From: an uncultured Bacteroidales bacterium
GTDB lineage: Bacteria; Planctomycetota; Planctomycetia; Gemmatales; HRBIN36
DNA length: 34,568 nt
Reading direction: 5' to 3'
Assembly: GCA_964410845.1 (NCBI GenBank)
Contig: CAYPJB010000003.1
Location: forward strand, 1-34,568
Part shown: positions 1 through 8,470 of the stretch, piece after piece
How the letters are laid out: each line of letters begins with the position of its first letter
Numbering within the stretch: the first letter of the stretch is position 1
Position numbers and translations under genes: made by a program
Notes under the pieces: model-generated
Seen by the model: only the letters and a program-made list of their open reading frames with translations
Told to the model about the DNA's origin: nothing
Databases searched by the model: none

Positions 1-1
1 C

Positions 2-487
2 CGCCTGCATGTCGTCCGTTTTCGCTTGAAGCCACTCCGTGAACGCCAGGAAGACATCGCCACGCTGGCCCAGGGAATGACCCAACGCTATGCATTCAAA
101 TTCACCAAGACTATTGAACAGGTGACTCCCGAATGCCTGTCTGCCCTGCAATCGTACAGTTGGCCGGGCAATGTTCGTGAACTGGAAAACGTGATCCAGG
201 CCTCGGTGCTGCGAACGCAAACTTCAGAGTTGGACCGCCAACATCTGCCAGACCACGTTCAGCAAGGTGTGCCAAACCGTGTGCTGGTGACGATGCCAAC
301 GAGTCTGGTCGATCAACGCGATCAGGCAGAATACCAATCGATTGTGATTGCCCTCGAAGAGCATGACTACGAACGCACCGCAACTGCCCGCAAGCTCGGT
401 ATCAGCCGGGTAACGCTGTACAAGAAGATGAAAAAACACGGCCTCCTCGAACCCAAGCAGTTGACACTAAAACTGCGGACAGCCTGA
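2..487 (+). CDS. sigma-54-dependent Fis-family transcriptional activator, C-terminal fragment (5' end lies outside the window)
   Basis: The frame is open from the window edge. It has the GNVRELENVIQ motif typical of the end of the sigma-54-interaction AAA+ module. A C-terminal Fis-type HTH follows (ARKLGISRVTLYKKMKKHGL). Stop TGA at 485-487. Confidence 0.85.
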   Translation, partial: RLHVVRFRLKPLRERQEDIATLAQGMTQRYAFKFTKTIEQVTPECLSALQSYSWPGNVRELENVIQASVLRTQTSELDRQHLPDHVQQGVPNRVLVTMPTSLVDQRDQAEYQSIVIALEEHDYERTATARKLGISRVTLYKKMKKHGLLEPKQLTLKLRTA

Positions 488-490
488 TAA

Positions 491-511
491 CCACCGGCGA
501 GTCGCCGGTGG
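491..511. terminator. GC-rich hairpin between convergent genes (candidate bidirectional terminator)
   Basis: CCACCGGCG (491-499) and CGCCGGTGG (503-511) form a perfect 9-bp stem with a 3-nt loop. It lies 4 nt after the stop of the sigma-54 activator gene. No clear U-tract follows, so it is only a candidate. Confidence 0.35.
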
Positions 512-544
512 AATCTCGCGCGATGGCTGGAAACCCAGACTGAA

Positions 545-919
545 CTATGCAGACGGAAGCAGTTTCTCCCCAAACACCATCCTGTGCCCGTCTGGTGTGA
601 CTATGGCAAACTCCCGCATCCCCCACGGCTTGTCCGCCAGTGGATGCCAGATTTCGACACCATTTGTGATGCATTCGCGGTAGAGAACGGAGGCATCTCG
701 GACATGTAGATATGCGAACCACGAATGGTCCTGCACCTGGGACATCGGGATCGCTTCGGGGCAGTGGCCGAGTCGCAACTTGCAAGCGCCGCGGCTCAGG
801 AATGCCCACCCATCGACGCTGAAGTCTTCCGAGAAACCAAGTTTCTCGACATAGAACCGCTTCGAGATGGCCAGGTCACGAACAGCCAGCACGAAAGTGG
901 ACGCAAGAACCTCAGGCAT
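545..919 (-). CDS. VOC (glyoxalase/bleomycin-resistance/dioxygenase) family protein
   Basis: 124-aa ORF. Its N-terminus (FVLAVRDLAISKRFYVEKLGF) and C-terminal GMREFAIVTPDGHRMVF are typical of the paired beta-alpha-beta-beta-beta VOC fold. Confidence 0.8.
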   Translation of the reverse strand: MPEVLASTFVLAVRDLAISKRFYVEKLGFSEDFSVDGWAFLSRGACKLRLGHCPEAIPMSQVQDHSWFAYLHVRDASVLYRECITNGVEIWHPLADKPWGMREFAIVTPDGHRMVFGEKLLPSA

Positions 920-985
920 CGGTTATCTCCCACTGCTGCGCTGCTTACTCAACGACGACGTGAGTTCTGCTAAAAACTTGCTTGC

Positions 986-1402
986 TTAACATCGAGGATT
1001 TTCGCAATTGATCATCCAGGGGACACCGTACTGATCGATCAGCATTCCGAAACGGACTGCCCAGAATGTCTTTTCGAGAGGCATCACTATGGTCCCATTT
1101 TCGCCGAGTGACTTGAACACAGTCTCCGCTTCTTCCGGTGTTTCGACCTGTAGTGCTACCGAGCACCCTTTCACACCTTCATAGGGTTGGGCAGCATGCG
1201 CATCGGCTCCCATCAACAACTGATTTCCCACCATGAGTCGGGCATGCATGATCTTGCTGCTCAGTTCGGCAGGCACTTGTCCTTCCGAAGGCATGTCGCC
1301 ATAAGGCACCATGGCCACTAGCGTTCCACCAAGACATCGCTGATAGAATTTGAATGCTGCTTCACAGTTGCCATTAAAGACCACGTATGGATTCCACTGC
1401 AT
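986..1402 (-). CDS. VOC family protein, PhnB/YjdN-like
   Basis: 138-aa ORF. PYVVFNGNCEAAFKFYQRCLGG at the N-terminus and FWAVRFGMLIDQYGVPWMIN at the C-terminus match the PhnB-like (3-demethylubiquinone-9 methyltransferase-domain) VOC subgroup. Confidence 0.8.
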   Translation of the reverse strand: MQWNPYVVFNGNCEAAFKFYQRCLGGTLVAMVPYGDMPSEGQVPAELSSKIMHARLMVGNQLLMGADAHAAQPYEGVKGCSVALQVETPEEAETVFKSLGENGTIVMPLEKTFWAVRFGMLIDQYGVPWMINCENPRC

Positions 1403-1642
1403 AACCAGTTTCCTTCATGATAGGGCTGCTTCGTTCTGTGAATGAATCGCACACTGTCTTTCTGGAATGTTCAATTCCTGTCAATAGTGCGAATTCAAGA
1501 TGTATCATTCTGGTCATGGACGTGGGGAAGTGCAACGGAAAAGCGATGCACTTTCAATACCGTGCACGACTCCTCTGGACTGTTCAATTGCGTTTATGAA
1601 ATGAAAATACAGGCTTATTGTATCCTAAGTCTTGACTTCGTA

Positions 1643-1666
1643 ATTAATTAGTCTAAGCTAATTAAT
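1643..1666. promoter_or_regulatory. perfect 9-bp palindrome (ATTAATTAG-N6-CTAATTAAT) in the AT-rich region upstream of the DUF1559 gene; candidate operator overlapping a candidate promoter
   Basis: Read directly from the sequence. TTGACT (1632-1637) and TAAGCT (1654-1659) are 16 nt apart and give a sigma-70-like -35/-10 pair that overlaps the palindrome. The AT-rich context lowers the significance. Confidence 0.3.
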
Positions 1667-1691
1667 CAATTCACTGATACTAATAATCATA

Positions 1692-2666
1692 GTGAGTCTC
1701 GTCATGCTTAAGAACTTACGTTCGGCTTTCACGTTGATTGAACTGCTTGTAGTCATTGCCATCATTGGTCTGATGATGAGCCTGTTGCTCCCTGCGATTC
1801 AGAAGGTGAGAGACGCAGCCAACCGGATGCTTAGCGCCAGCAACTTGCGGCAGATGGGCATTGCACTCCACAGCTATCATGGCGACTATGGCAGGTTTCC
1901 TTCCGGGTATGAGTCGGTCAGTGGGGTGGCTGGCAGCAACCCCGCCTCGCTCGATGGTCCTCCCGGGTGGAGTTGGGCTGCTCAATTGTTGCCTTACATC
2001 GAACAGGATAACCTGCACAAGAATCTGAACCTCAGTCTGCCCGCCTGGCACTCGGTGAATGCTGCTGCAACGAGTCGGTCGATCAAGCTCTTCATCAACC
2101 CCGCAGCACCGAACCAGGAGCCAAGCTTCATCGTCCGTGATGCCAGCAGGACGCCATTGGTAGAGTGGGGCCGGTCGCATTACGTCGCTAATGTCGGACA
2201 GGATGAAGCCTGGAGTTACCCGGCACTCAACGATACAGGTTGGAAACGCATCTCGACGGGACCTTTCTATCGCAACTCACGGGTACGCATTGCTGATGTT
2301 CTGGATGGAACCAACCATACGGTTTTCGTCGGCGAGCACACCACCATCTCCGACAAGACCTGGGTAGGCGTGCATCCTTATGCGCAAGTGTGCCCGACGG
2401 AGCCGAACCGTTATCCGTTCACTACCTGCGATGCAGCCCCGACACTGGTGCTGTGCCACAGTGGTCCTGCTCCATCGGAACCGGGCATTATCCATCCGCC
2501 GAGCTTTCCGACGTGCCATGTCTGCCAGATGTACACACCCTGGCAAGGCGGGCATGTGCTCTTCGGCGATGGCCACGTCTCCTTCATATCGACCTCGGTG
2601 AACCTCAACACCTGGGCAGCCCTCAGCACTATTCGTGGTGGGGAGGCGATTCTTGATCTCGACTAA
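1692..2666 (+). CDS. DUF1559 domain protein with prepilin-type N-terminal cleavage/methylation motif
   Basis: N-terminus AFTLIELLVVIAIIGLMMSLLLPAIQKVRDAANR is the type IV pilin-like class III signal typical of planctomycete DUF1559 proteins. The C-terminal H-rich end (GGHVLFGDGHVSFIS) is also characteristic. The start may be the ATG at 1704 rather than the GTG at 1692. Confidence 0.9.
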   Translation: MSLVMLKNLRSAFTLIELLVVIAIIGLMMSLLLPAIQKVRDAANRMLSASNLRQMGIALHSYHGDYGRFPSGYESVSGVAGSNPASLDGPPGWSWAAQLLPYIEQDNLHKNLNLSLPAWHSVNAAATSRSIKLFINPAAPNQEPSFIVRDASRTPLVEWGRSHYVANVGQDEAWSYPALNDTGWKRISTGPFYRNSRVRIADVLDGTNHTVFVGEHTTISDKTWVGVHPYAQVCPTEPNRYPFTTCDAAPTLVLCHSGPAPSEPGIIHPPSFPTCHVCQMYTPWQGGHVLFGDGHVSFISTSVNLNTWAALSTIRGGEAILDLD

Positions 2667-3009
2667 CGACAACGACGATACCAATCCCCGTCGCTACTGG
2701 GTGATCGCACTTCTGGTGGTGCTCGCCATTGCGTCAGCGTACGTCTGGTGGCCTCGGTGGAAGGTGTACCCTGAAGTGAGCAGCAGGGAATCGCTGCAAC
2801 TGATGAAACTGCTCTACTCTGCTTGTAACACGAAGGATACTACTCGCCTGAACAAGGTAGAGACGGACCTCAAGAAACTGATTGCCCAGGGCAAGGTGAG
2901 TGAAGCAGAGCAGACGGCTTACATCAAAATCATCACCATGGCCAAAGAGGGCAATTGGAAGGAAGCGGAAGCTGCCAGCTTCCGGTTTGCTGAAGATCAG
3001 GTGAGGTAG
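2635..3009 (+). CDS. hypothetical small membrane-anchored protein
   Basis: 124-aa ORF with one predicted TM helix (YWVIALLVVLAIASAYVWW) followed by a helical soluble part. It overlaps the preceding gene by 32 nt if GTG 2635 is used; TTG 2653 is an alternative start. I recognise no family. Confidence 0.45.
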   Translation: MVGRRFLISTNDNDDTNPRRYWVIALLVVLAIASAYVWWPRWKVYPEVSSRESLQLMKLLYSACNTKDTTRLNKVETDLKKLIAQGKVSEAEQTAYIKIITMAKEGNWKEAEAASFRFAEDQVR

Positions 3010-3069
3010 AACGTTTCTTTTACCGTGCAATTGTGATATTCTTGGATTGTCAATAACTGTGGACGATCC

Positions 3070-4488
3070 ATGTTTGCTAATCCCCTGCCCCGTCGCGCGT
3101 TCCTTCAGCAGTCTGCTTACGGCCTGGGTGCCATCGCCCTTGGCGAACTCATGGGCTGGTCGTCATCTGTCCAAGGCAATGATGACAAGCCTCGTGGCGT
3201 GCTCACCAAACTGCACTTTCCTGCGAAAGCCAAGCGGATCATTCACTTGTGCATGGCCGGCGGGCCTTCACAGCACGAATCATTCGACTGGAAGCCCAAG
3301 CTCAAGGAACTGGACGGCAAACCCTTCCCGGAATCGTTCACCAGGGGACAGCAACTCGCTCAATTGCAGAATACCAGGCTCGTCGCTCGAGGTTCCTTCG
3401 CCAACTTCAGCAAGCATGGCAAGTCAGGCCAGGAGATTTCGGAACTCTTCCCCCATATCGCCAAGCATGCGGATGAGATCGCCATCATTCGCTCCATGCA
3501 GACGGAGCAGATCAACCACGACCCGGCCCATGCGTTCATGAACTCCGGTTCCATCATCAAGGGCAGGCCCAGCATGGGGTCCTGGCTGCTCTACGGCCTG
3601 GGAGTGGAGACTGCCAACCTGCCCGGCTTCATCGTCCTCACGTCCACTAGCAAGGCCGGCGGCGCACAACCCGTCTCGGCACGGCAATGGTCAGCGGGGT
3701 TTCTGCCCAGCAAGTACCAGGGCATCATGTTTCAGTCGAAGGGTGATGCGGTCCACTACGTCGGCAGCCCTCCTGGCGTTTGTCAAAGTACCCAGCGGCA
3801 GATCATCGACGAGATCCAACGGATGAATGGCATGCTGGCTGAAGAAAAGCATGACCCCGAGATCGCCACTCGCATCGCCCAGTATGAACTGGCGTTCCGT
3901 ATGCAGACCTCGGTGCCGGAACTGACCGACTTCAGTAAGGAGCCCAAGGCAACACTCGACCTCTACGGCGTGAAGGAACCGGGTGATGGCAGCTTTGCTT
4001 CCAACTGCCTGATGGCACGACGACTGGCGGAGCGAGGGGTTCGGTTCATTCAACTCTACCATCGTGCCTGGGATCATCATGGCGAGATTGAAAAGAGCAT
4101 GAAGATCGCCGCCAACGATGTCGATCAGTCGAGCGCTGCACTTTTGACAGATCTCAAACAGCGAGGCTTGCTCGACGATACACTGGTCATCTGGGGTGGC
4201 GAATTCGGCCGCACCCCCATGGGACAGGGATCAGGTCGTGATCATCACATTCTGTCGTTCTCACTGTGGATGGCAGGTGGCGGCATCAAAGGTGGCGTCA
4301 CTTATGGCAACACCGATGAACTAGGCTACCGCTCCGTGGAAGATGTCGTCAGTGTCCACGATCTGCACGCGACTCTGCTGCATCAATGTGGCATCGATCA
4401 CCAGCGATTCAGCTTCAAGTACCAGGGGCTGGACATGCGACTAACGGGCGTAGAGCCTTGCCGGGTGGTGAAAGAGATACTGGCGTAA
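3070..4488 (+). CDS. DUF1501 domain protein (sulfatase/alkaline-phosphatase-like fold) with Tat-type signal
   Basis: N-terminal RRAFLQQSAYGLGAIAL twin-arginine signal. GGPSQHESFDWKP and the C-terminal GRDHH region are characteristic of planctomycete DUF1501 proteins. Confidence 0.9.
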   Translation: MFANPLPRRAFLQQSAYGLGAIALGELMGWSSSVQGNDDKPRGVLTKLHFPAKAKRIIHLCMAGGPSQHESFDWKPKLKELDGKPFPESFTRGQQLAQLQNTRLVARGSFANFSKHGKSGQEISELFPHIAKHADEIAIIRSMQTEQINHDPAHAFMNSGSIIKGRPSMGSWLLYGLGVETANLPGFIVLTSTSKAGGAQPVSARQWSAGFLPSKYQGIMFQSKGDAVHYVGSPPGVCQSTQRQIIDEIQRMNGMLAEEKHDPEIATRIAQYELAFRMQTSVPELTDFSKEPKATLDLYGVKEPGDGSFASNCLMARRLAERGVRFIQLYHRAWDHHGEIEKSMKIAANDVDQSSAALLTDLKQRGLLDDTLVIWGGEFGRTPMGQGSGRDHHILSFSLWMAGGGIKGGVTYGNTDELGYRSVEDVVSVHDLHATLLHQCGIDHQRFSFKYQGLDMRLTGVEPCRVVKEILA

Positions 4489-4632
4489 CATTTCTGAAAT
4501 GATCATCGCAATAACATGGCGATTGTTCGATTGTTAGTTGTCCCCCTTTTTTATTTCATTCCACGACATCCTCCATTACAATCGCCTGCGTCTGTGAATG
4601 AATCTCATCCCGATTGACGGAGTAACCACTCG

Positions 4633-6036
4633 ATGCAACCCAATAACGTATCACGCCGTGGCTTCCTGGCCGGCTCACTAGGGGCTATTTGTGCCACCGG
4701 CTTGCCTCTCTGGTATGCCAGGGAAATTGTCGCTCTCGAACAGGAACATGCTTTACGGGCTGTCAAGTCAGCCAACGATAAGCTCCAGGTGGGAGTCATC
4801 GGATGCGGCGACCGCGTTCGCAGCGGCGATCTGCTGTTCAGCTTGCTGAGAAACCCCAATGTGCAGGTGGTTGCCTGCTGCGATGTCGATGAAAAGCAGC
4901 TCAATTACACAGCAGGCATCGTAGAAGGCGAGAAGCCTAACAACACCCGTGGCAAGAACCTCGATGGCTATCGTCGTCCCATTCCTTCGGGCGAACAGGA
5001 CCCCAATCGCAAAACCGATGTGAAGGTCAAACGCTTCAAAGACTTCCGCGACCTGGTCGCTCTCAAGGAAGTGGATGCCGTCCTGATCACCACGCCTGAT
5101 CACTGGCATGCCCTGCCTGCCATCGCCGCAGCCAACGCCAAGAAGGATATCTACTGCGAGAAGCCACTTTCGCTGACGATTGCAGAAGGGCGAGCGATGG
5201 CCAACGCAGCTCGCGCGAACAATATCGTCTTCCAGACGGGTAGCCAGCAACGATCCGAACTGGGCAAGTTCCGCCTGGCGTGCGAACTGGTGCAGAATGG
5301 CCGCATCGGCAAACTCAAAAAGGTCGAAACCCGCATCGGCAACCCCGATAAAGGTGGACCATTCAAGACCGAAGCACCCCCCGAAGGACTGGACTGGAAC
5401 TTCTGGCTGGGTCAGACTCCAGACGTTCCATTCATTAAGGAGCGCTGCCACTACCAGTTCCGCTGGTGGTATGCCTACTCAGGTGGCAAGATGACCGACT
5501 GGGGCGCTCACCATAACGACACGGCCCAGTGGGCGCTCGGCATGGATGACAGCGGCCCGGTGAAGGTCACTGCCATCAAGGGTGAAGCCCCCGGCATCGA
5601 GAATGGTTATGATTGCCATCGCGATTTCGAAGTTGTCTTCGAGTATGCCAACGGCGTGCCGGTACACTGCATGGCTGCTGGCGAGAACGGCGTTCACTTC
5701 CAGGGAGAGGATGGCTGGATCTTTGTCAGCCGGGGTTCATTGAAGGCCAGCGATCCGAAGATCATCAGCGAACCGCTCGGCGCTGACGCCAAGCGCCTGC
5801 TGGCTTCGCCAAGCCACATGGGGAACTTCCTGAACAACATCAAGAGCCGAGGCCGCTGCTGTGCCGATGTCGAGATCGGGCATCGCTCCGCGACGGTGTG
5901 CCACTTGGGTAACATCGCCCTCCGTTTTGCCATGGGTAAGCCCCTCACCTGGGATCCCAAGACAGAACGTTTCAGCGATACAGCCATGAACCAGCACGTC
6001 TCCCGTGAGATGCGTGCCCCGTGGAAGCTTTCGTAA
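4633..6036 (+). CDS. Gfo/Idh/MocA family oxidoreductase with Tat-type signal
   Basis: SRRGFLAGSLGAI signal. Rossmann start (LQVGVIGCGDR), the conserved EKP motif (IYCEKPLSL) and a DWGAHH block. Confidence 0.9.
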   Translation: MQPNNVSRRGFLAGSLGAICATGLPLWYAREIVALEQEHALRAVKSANDKLQVGVIGCGDRVRSGDLLFSLLRNPNVQVVACCDVDEKQLNYTAGIVEGEKPNNTRGKNLDGYRRPIPSGEQDPNRKTDVKVKRFKDFRDLVALKEVDAVLITTPDHWHALPAIAAANAKKDIYCEKPLSLTIAEGRAMANAARANNIVFQTGSQQRSELGKFRLACELVQNGRIGKLKKVETRIGNPDKGGPFKTEAPPEGLDWNFWLGQTPDVPFIKERCHYQFRWWYAYSGGKMTDWGAHHNDTAQWALGMDDSGPVKVTAIKGEAPGIENGYDCHRDFEVVFEYANGVPVHCMAAGENGVHFQGEDGWIFVSRGSLKASDPKIISEPLGADAKRLLASPSHMGNFLNNIKSRGRCCADVEIGHRSATVCHLGNIALRFAMGKPLTWDPKTERFSDTAMNQHVSREMRAPWKLS

Positions 6037-6060
6037 TACACGCTGGAATGTTTAGCGATG

Positions 6061-6090
6061 GAGGCACTCAACTTGAGTGCCTCTTTTCGT
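6061..6090 (+). terminator. intrinsic terminator downstream of the oxidoreductase gene
   Basis: GAGGCACTCA (6061-6070) and TGAGTGCCTC (6074-6083) are perfectly complementary. A T-rich run TTTTCGTTGTT follows. It lies 25 nt after the TAA stop. Confidence 0.65.
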
Positions 6091-6155
6091 TGTTCGTATT
6101 GGTGATTGGCGAACTGAGATGAGCTCATTCACAGGTGAGGCACGCACAGCGTGCC

Positions 6156-6920
6156 CTACTTCTTTTGCTGTTCCAGTAGTGCCAGTCGTTCGACGATGCC
6201 CAGATACTGATCCTGCCTGGCTCGCCAGACACCTTGGGCGATAGCCCTGGGGTTAGGCCAGTTGACCAGGCTGAGGTGGTCTCCTTCCCAGATGGTATGC
6301 GGATAGTGATGGCAGGCCGAGGTGATGGAGACAATGCCATCGTTCGGGCCTTCACGAAACATCACCACACCATACGGAATCCACCATTCCGGGCTGAGCC
6401 AGGGGCCACTGTTGCGACCGGCGATGGCATAATAGTCCACGCCGGGGGCATCGATCACCATCGCGTTAAATTCCTGGCAGCGCGGTGTCATCAGGTCGTA
6501 GAAGGCATCATGCGGGATGTGCAGGTACCTGAGCCAGGGCTTCAAATAGCCTTCCAGTTTGCTGACTCCCACATCTGCTGCGGTAGAACCTCGATGCGGT
6601 GTGCCGATCGTGGTCAGGGAGAGGGCTTGTTCCTGCAAGCCCAGGCAACTGATGGCATAGCGGGCATCGAGGCCGCCCATGCTGTGGGCAATGAGGTGGA
6701 CTTTTTCCTGAGGGAACTGCTGCCTGATGGCATCAACCAGTTGAATAGCCCGCTGGGCCACCCCAGCCGTGGGGCTCAAACGCGGTGCAACTACGCGAAT
6801 GCTTTTAGTGCGAAGGTATTCACCGATGCCACGAAAATACGTCATCGCTTCCCAGCCGGCAACGCGCCAGCTATCGAAGCCAAAGAGACCATGCACCAGA
6901 ATCAGCGGATGGCGTAACAA
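6156..6920 (-). CDS. alpha/beta-hydrolase, lipase/esterase family
   Basis: PLILVHGLFGF oxyanion-region motif, nucleophile elbow AHSMGG, and a later NDGIVS motif as in family I bacterial lipases. TTG start. Only 24 nt downstream of the second exbD. Confidence 0.8.
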   Translation of the reverse strand: MLRHPLILVHGLFGFDSWRVAGWEAMTYFRGIGEYLRTKSIRVVAPRLSPTAGVAQRAIQLVDAIRQQFPQEKVHLIAHSMGGLDARYAISCLGLQEQALSLTTIGTPHRGSTAADVGVSKLEGYLKPWLRYLHIPHDAFYDLMTPRCQEFNAMVIDAPGVDYYAIAGRNSGPWLSPEWWIPYGVVMFREGPNDGIVSITSACHHYPHTIWEGDHLSLVNWPNPRAIAQGVWRARQDQYLGIVERLALLEQQKK

Positions 6921-6944
6921 GGGTGTGTACTTTACAAAGACAGG

Positions 6945-7610
6945 CTATTTGCCGGGAGCCTTGGCCGGCGGAGCAGTCTTACTGCCACCACCTTTATTCG
7001 GAGCCTTGGTAAGAATCTTGTCGATTCGGGCCTCGCGGGCTTTATCGACCACGACGGTGTAGCTGCCGAAATCCACCCCGGGGGCGATTTCCAGGATAAG
7101 CTCACTCTTGCCTTCACTCACCAGTCGTTCCAGTTCTCGCACCAGCTTGTCTTCGGTGGCAGCATATTCATTGACTTTGTAAATCGTTTCAGAGCCCTTC
7201 TTCTCCACTTTCACCATAATGTACTTTTTGGCCTGTTCTTCCGTCAACTGGCGGGGCTTGGAGTTCGACTGCTTGTTGCTCGGCAGCGACATCACCTTTT
7301 CCATGACGGACATGGTGGTGGCCAGAATGAAGAAGACCAGCAGCACGAGACATACATCGATCAGCGGATTCATATCGATGTTATTGTCGTCTACTTCGTG
7401 ATGCACTTCTTCATCAATGGCCTGAACCACTTCAGCGACTTCAGCAAAGTGAGGGTGAGCTTCCAGTCTGGTCCACTTGGTATCAGCGGGGCCTTTCACT
7501 TCGTCCGAGGTGGCATACACGCCATCTTTCATCCCTTCCACGATCTGTTCCGTGGAGAGAGGTTGCCCGATCGGTTGAGGTGAACCTTCGTGTCGTAATC
7601 GCCAGGACAT
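6945..7610 (-). CDS. exbD: ExbD/TolR-family biopolymer transport protein with N-terminal GYF_2-like extension
   Basis: ExbD signature DMNPLIDVCLVLLVFFIL after about 75 aa. The N-terminal roughly 60 aa (W...G...LS.EQI.EG...G.....DEV.....KW..LE.HP.F) resemble the GYF_2/DUF4339 pattern. Confidence 0.85.
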   Translation of the reverse strand: MSWRLRHEGSPQPIGQPLSTEQIVEGMKDGVYATSDEVKGPADTKWTRLEAHPHFAEVAEVVQAIDEEVHHEVDDNNIDMNPLIDVCLVLLVFFILATTMSVMEKVMSLPSNKQSNSKPRQLTEEQAKKYIMVKVEKKGSETIYKVNEYAATEDKLVRELERLVSEGKSELILEIAPGVDFGSYTVVVDKAREARIDKILTKAPNKGGGSKTAPPAKAPGK

Positions 7611-7619
7611 GGAGATTCC

Positions 7620-8342
7620 TTATTCTGCAGGCGCGCCGGGCGCGGGAGTTTTCGGGCCGACCTTGGCTACATACTTCAGGTTCATGGATTCCAGCCCCAT
7701 CATCAGCGACTGAACCCGCTCGAACGCAATTGTTGATTCCACTTGCAGCACGATCTTCATTGCGCCGGTTGAACCACGCTCCGCTTTCTCGGCTTTCACC
7801 TTGTCGAGCACTTCCTGCTCGGTGAACTTATCGGTGATGTTCTCTTTGAAGTGATAGACGATCTTGCGCTTTTCGGGATCATCGGGATCAGTGCGGATAC
7901 TGATCACGACATTGCCCTGTCTATCAGCAATCTCCGACATCTTCACAGCAGGAATCTTGAATGGAGCAGCCGTGATGAGGTTCTGAGCCGTCATCATGAA
8001 GAACACGAGAAGCACCATGCTGATGTCGATGAGGGGGATCATATCGACATCTTCGTCTTCCTCTTCTGGTGGCTTGGAAGGACCAAAGTCGATTTCGATG
8101 GGTTCCAGAGCTTCAGCCATGTCCTGAGAGGTAGGCAAGCCGCCAGCACCAAAGTAAGGCTGAAAGAGCGGATGTGCGTCAAGATACTCCCAGGCGGGGG
8201 CACCCGGCGTACGAACGCAGTCTCGCCCGAGGAGTCGGCCTTCCTGTATCCAGTCACAGACGACGGTATAGGGCACGCCACGGTAAACCGTGTTCGGTTG
8301 CACGAGCCAGACGTTGAAGAAGCGGGGAGCGTCAGTGGCCAT
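7620..8342 (-). CDS. exbD: ExbD/TolR-family biopolymer transport protein with N-terminal GYF_2-like extension
   Basis: DMIPLIDISMVLLVFFMM ExbD signature. The N-terminal part (VWLVQPNTVYRGVPYTVVCDWIQEGRLLGRDCVRTPGAPAWEYLDAHPLF) is GYF_2-like. The ORF track starts at TTG 8351; I prefer the in-frame ATG at 8342. Confidence 0.85.
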   Translation of the reverse strand: MATDAPRFFNVWLVQPNTVYRGVPYTVVCDWIQEGRLLGRDCVRTPGAPAWEYLDAHPLFQPYFGAGGLPTSQDMAEALEPIEIDFGPSKPPEEEDEDVDMIPLIDISMVLLVFFMMTAQNLITAAPFKIPAVKMSEIADRQGNVVISIRTDPDDPEKRKIVYHFKENITDKFTEQEVLDKVKAEKAERGSTGAMKIVLQVESTIAFERVQSLMMGLESMNLKYVAKVGPKTPAPGAPAE

Positions 8343-8366
8343 AGTTCTCAATTAAGCGTCGAGAAA

Positions 8367-8463
8367 AGTTGTTGGTTGTTTGTTGTTGGTTGTTGGAAAA
8401 GACACGTCGTTGAGTGCCTCAAAGACGTTTGAACTAACAACCAACAACCAAAAACAAATAACT
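8367..8463. repeat. GTTGTTGG / CCAACAAC inverted-repeat hairpin (gene-less member of the family also seen at 23054-23518)
   Basis: Left arm AGTTGTTGGTTGTTTGTTGTTGGTTGTTGG (8367-8396). Right arm AACTAACAACCAACAACCAAAAACAAATAACT (8432-8463). The arms are largely complementary, and a 35-nt spacer separates them. The element fills the exbB-exbD intercistronic gap. Confidence 0.7.
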
Positions 8464-8470
8464 CAAAATG

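Noticed and set aside
1434-1447. Exact 14-mer TCTGTGAATGAATC present both at 1434-1447 and at 4591-4604 (upstream of the oxidoreductase gene), considered as a shared regulatory box.
   Set aside because: A rough expectation for chance identical 14-mers among all position pairs in a 34.6-kb window is of order one to a few (about 6e8 pairs times 4^-14). A single such match is therefore not significant without further copies.
3047-3541. Long alternative-frame or antisense ORFs overlapping confident genes. Examples are 3047-3541(+), 4768-5451(-), 6234-6917(+), 10850-11683(-), 13747-14364(+), 13970-14674(-), 16172-17266(+), 21828-22565(-), 29938-30750(-) and 30854-31528(+).
   Set aside because: Each lies inside a gene with clear family motifs in another frame or strand. 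Their translations are Arg/Ala/Gly/Pro-rich low-complexity sequence, typical of shadow ORFs in moderately GC-rich DNA.
6139-6155. Hairpin GGCACGC-ACA-GCGTGCC immediately after the lipase stop codon, considered as an intrinsic terminator for the minus strand.
   Set aside because: The stem is short (7 bp) and is not followed by a U-tract on the minus strand. It may contribute to termination together with the 6061-6090 hairpin, but it is not convincing alone.
8367-8463. GTTGTTGG-type repeats as a possible CRISPR array or microsatellite.
   Set aside because: There are no regularly spaced identical repeats with unique spacers and no cas genes. The units are arranged as inverted arms, not as direct repeats with constant periodicity.
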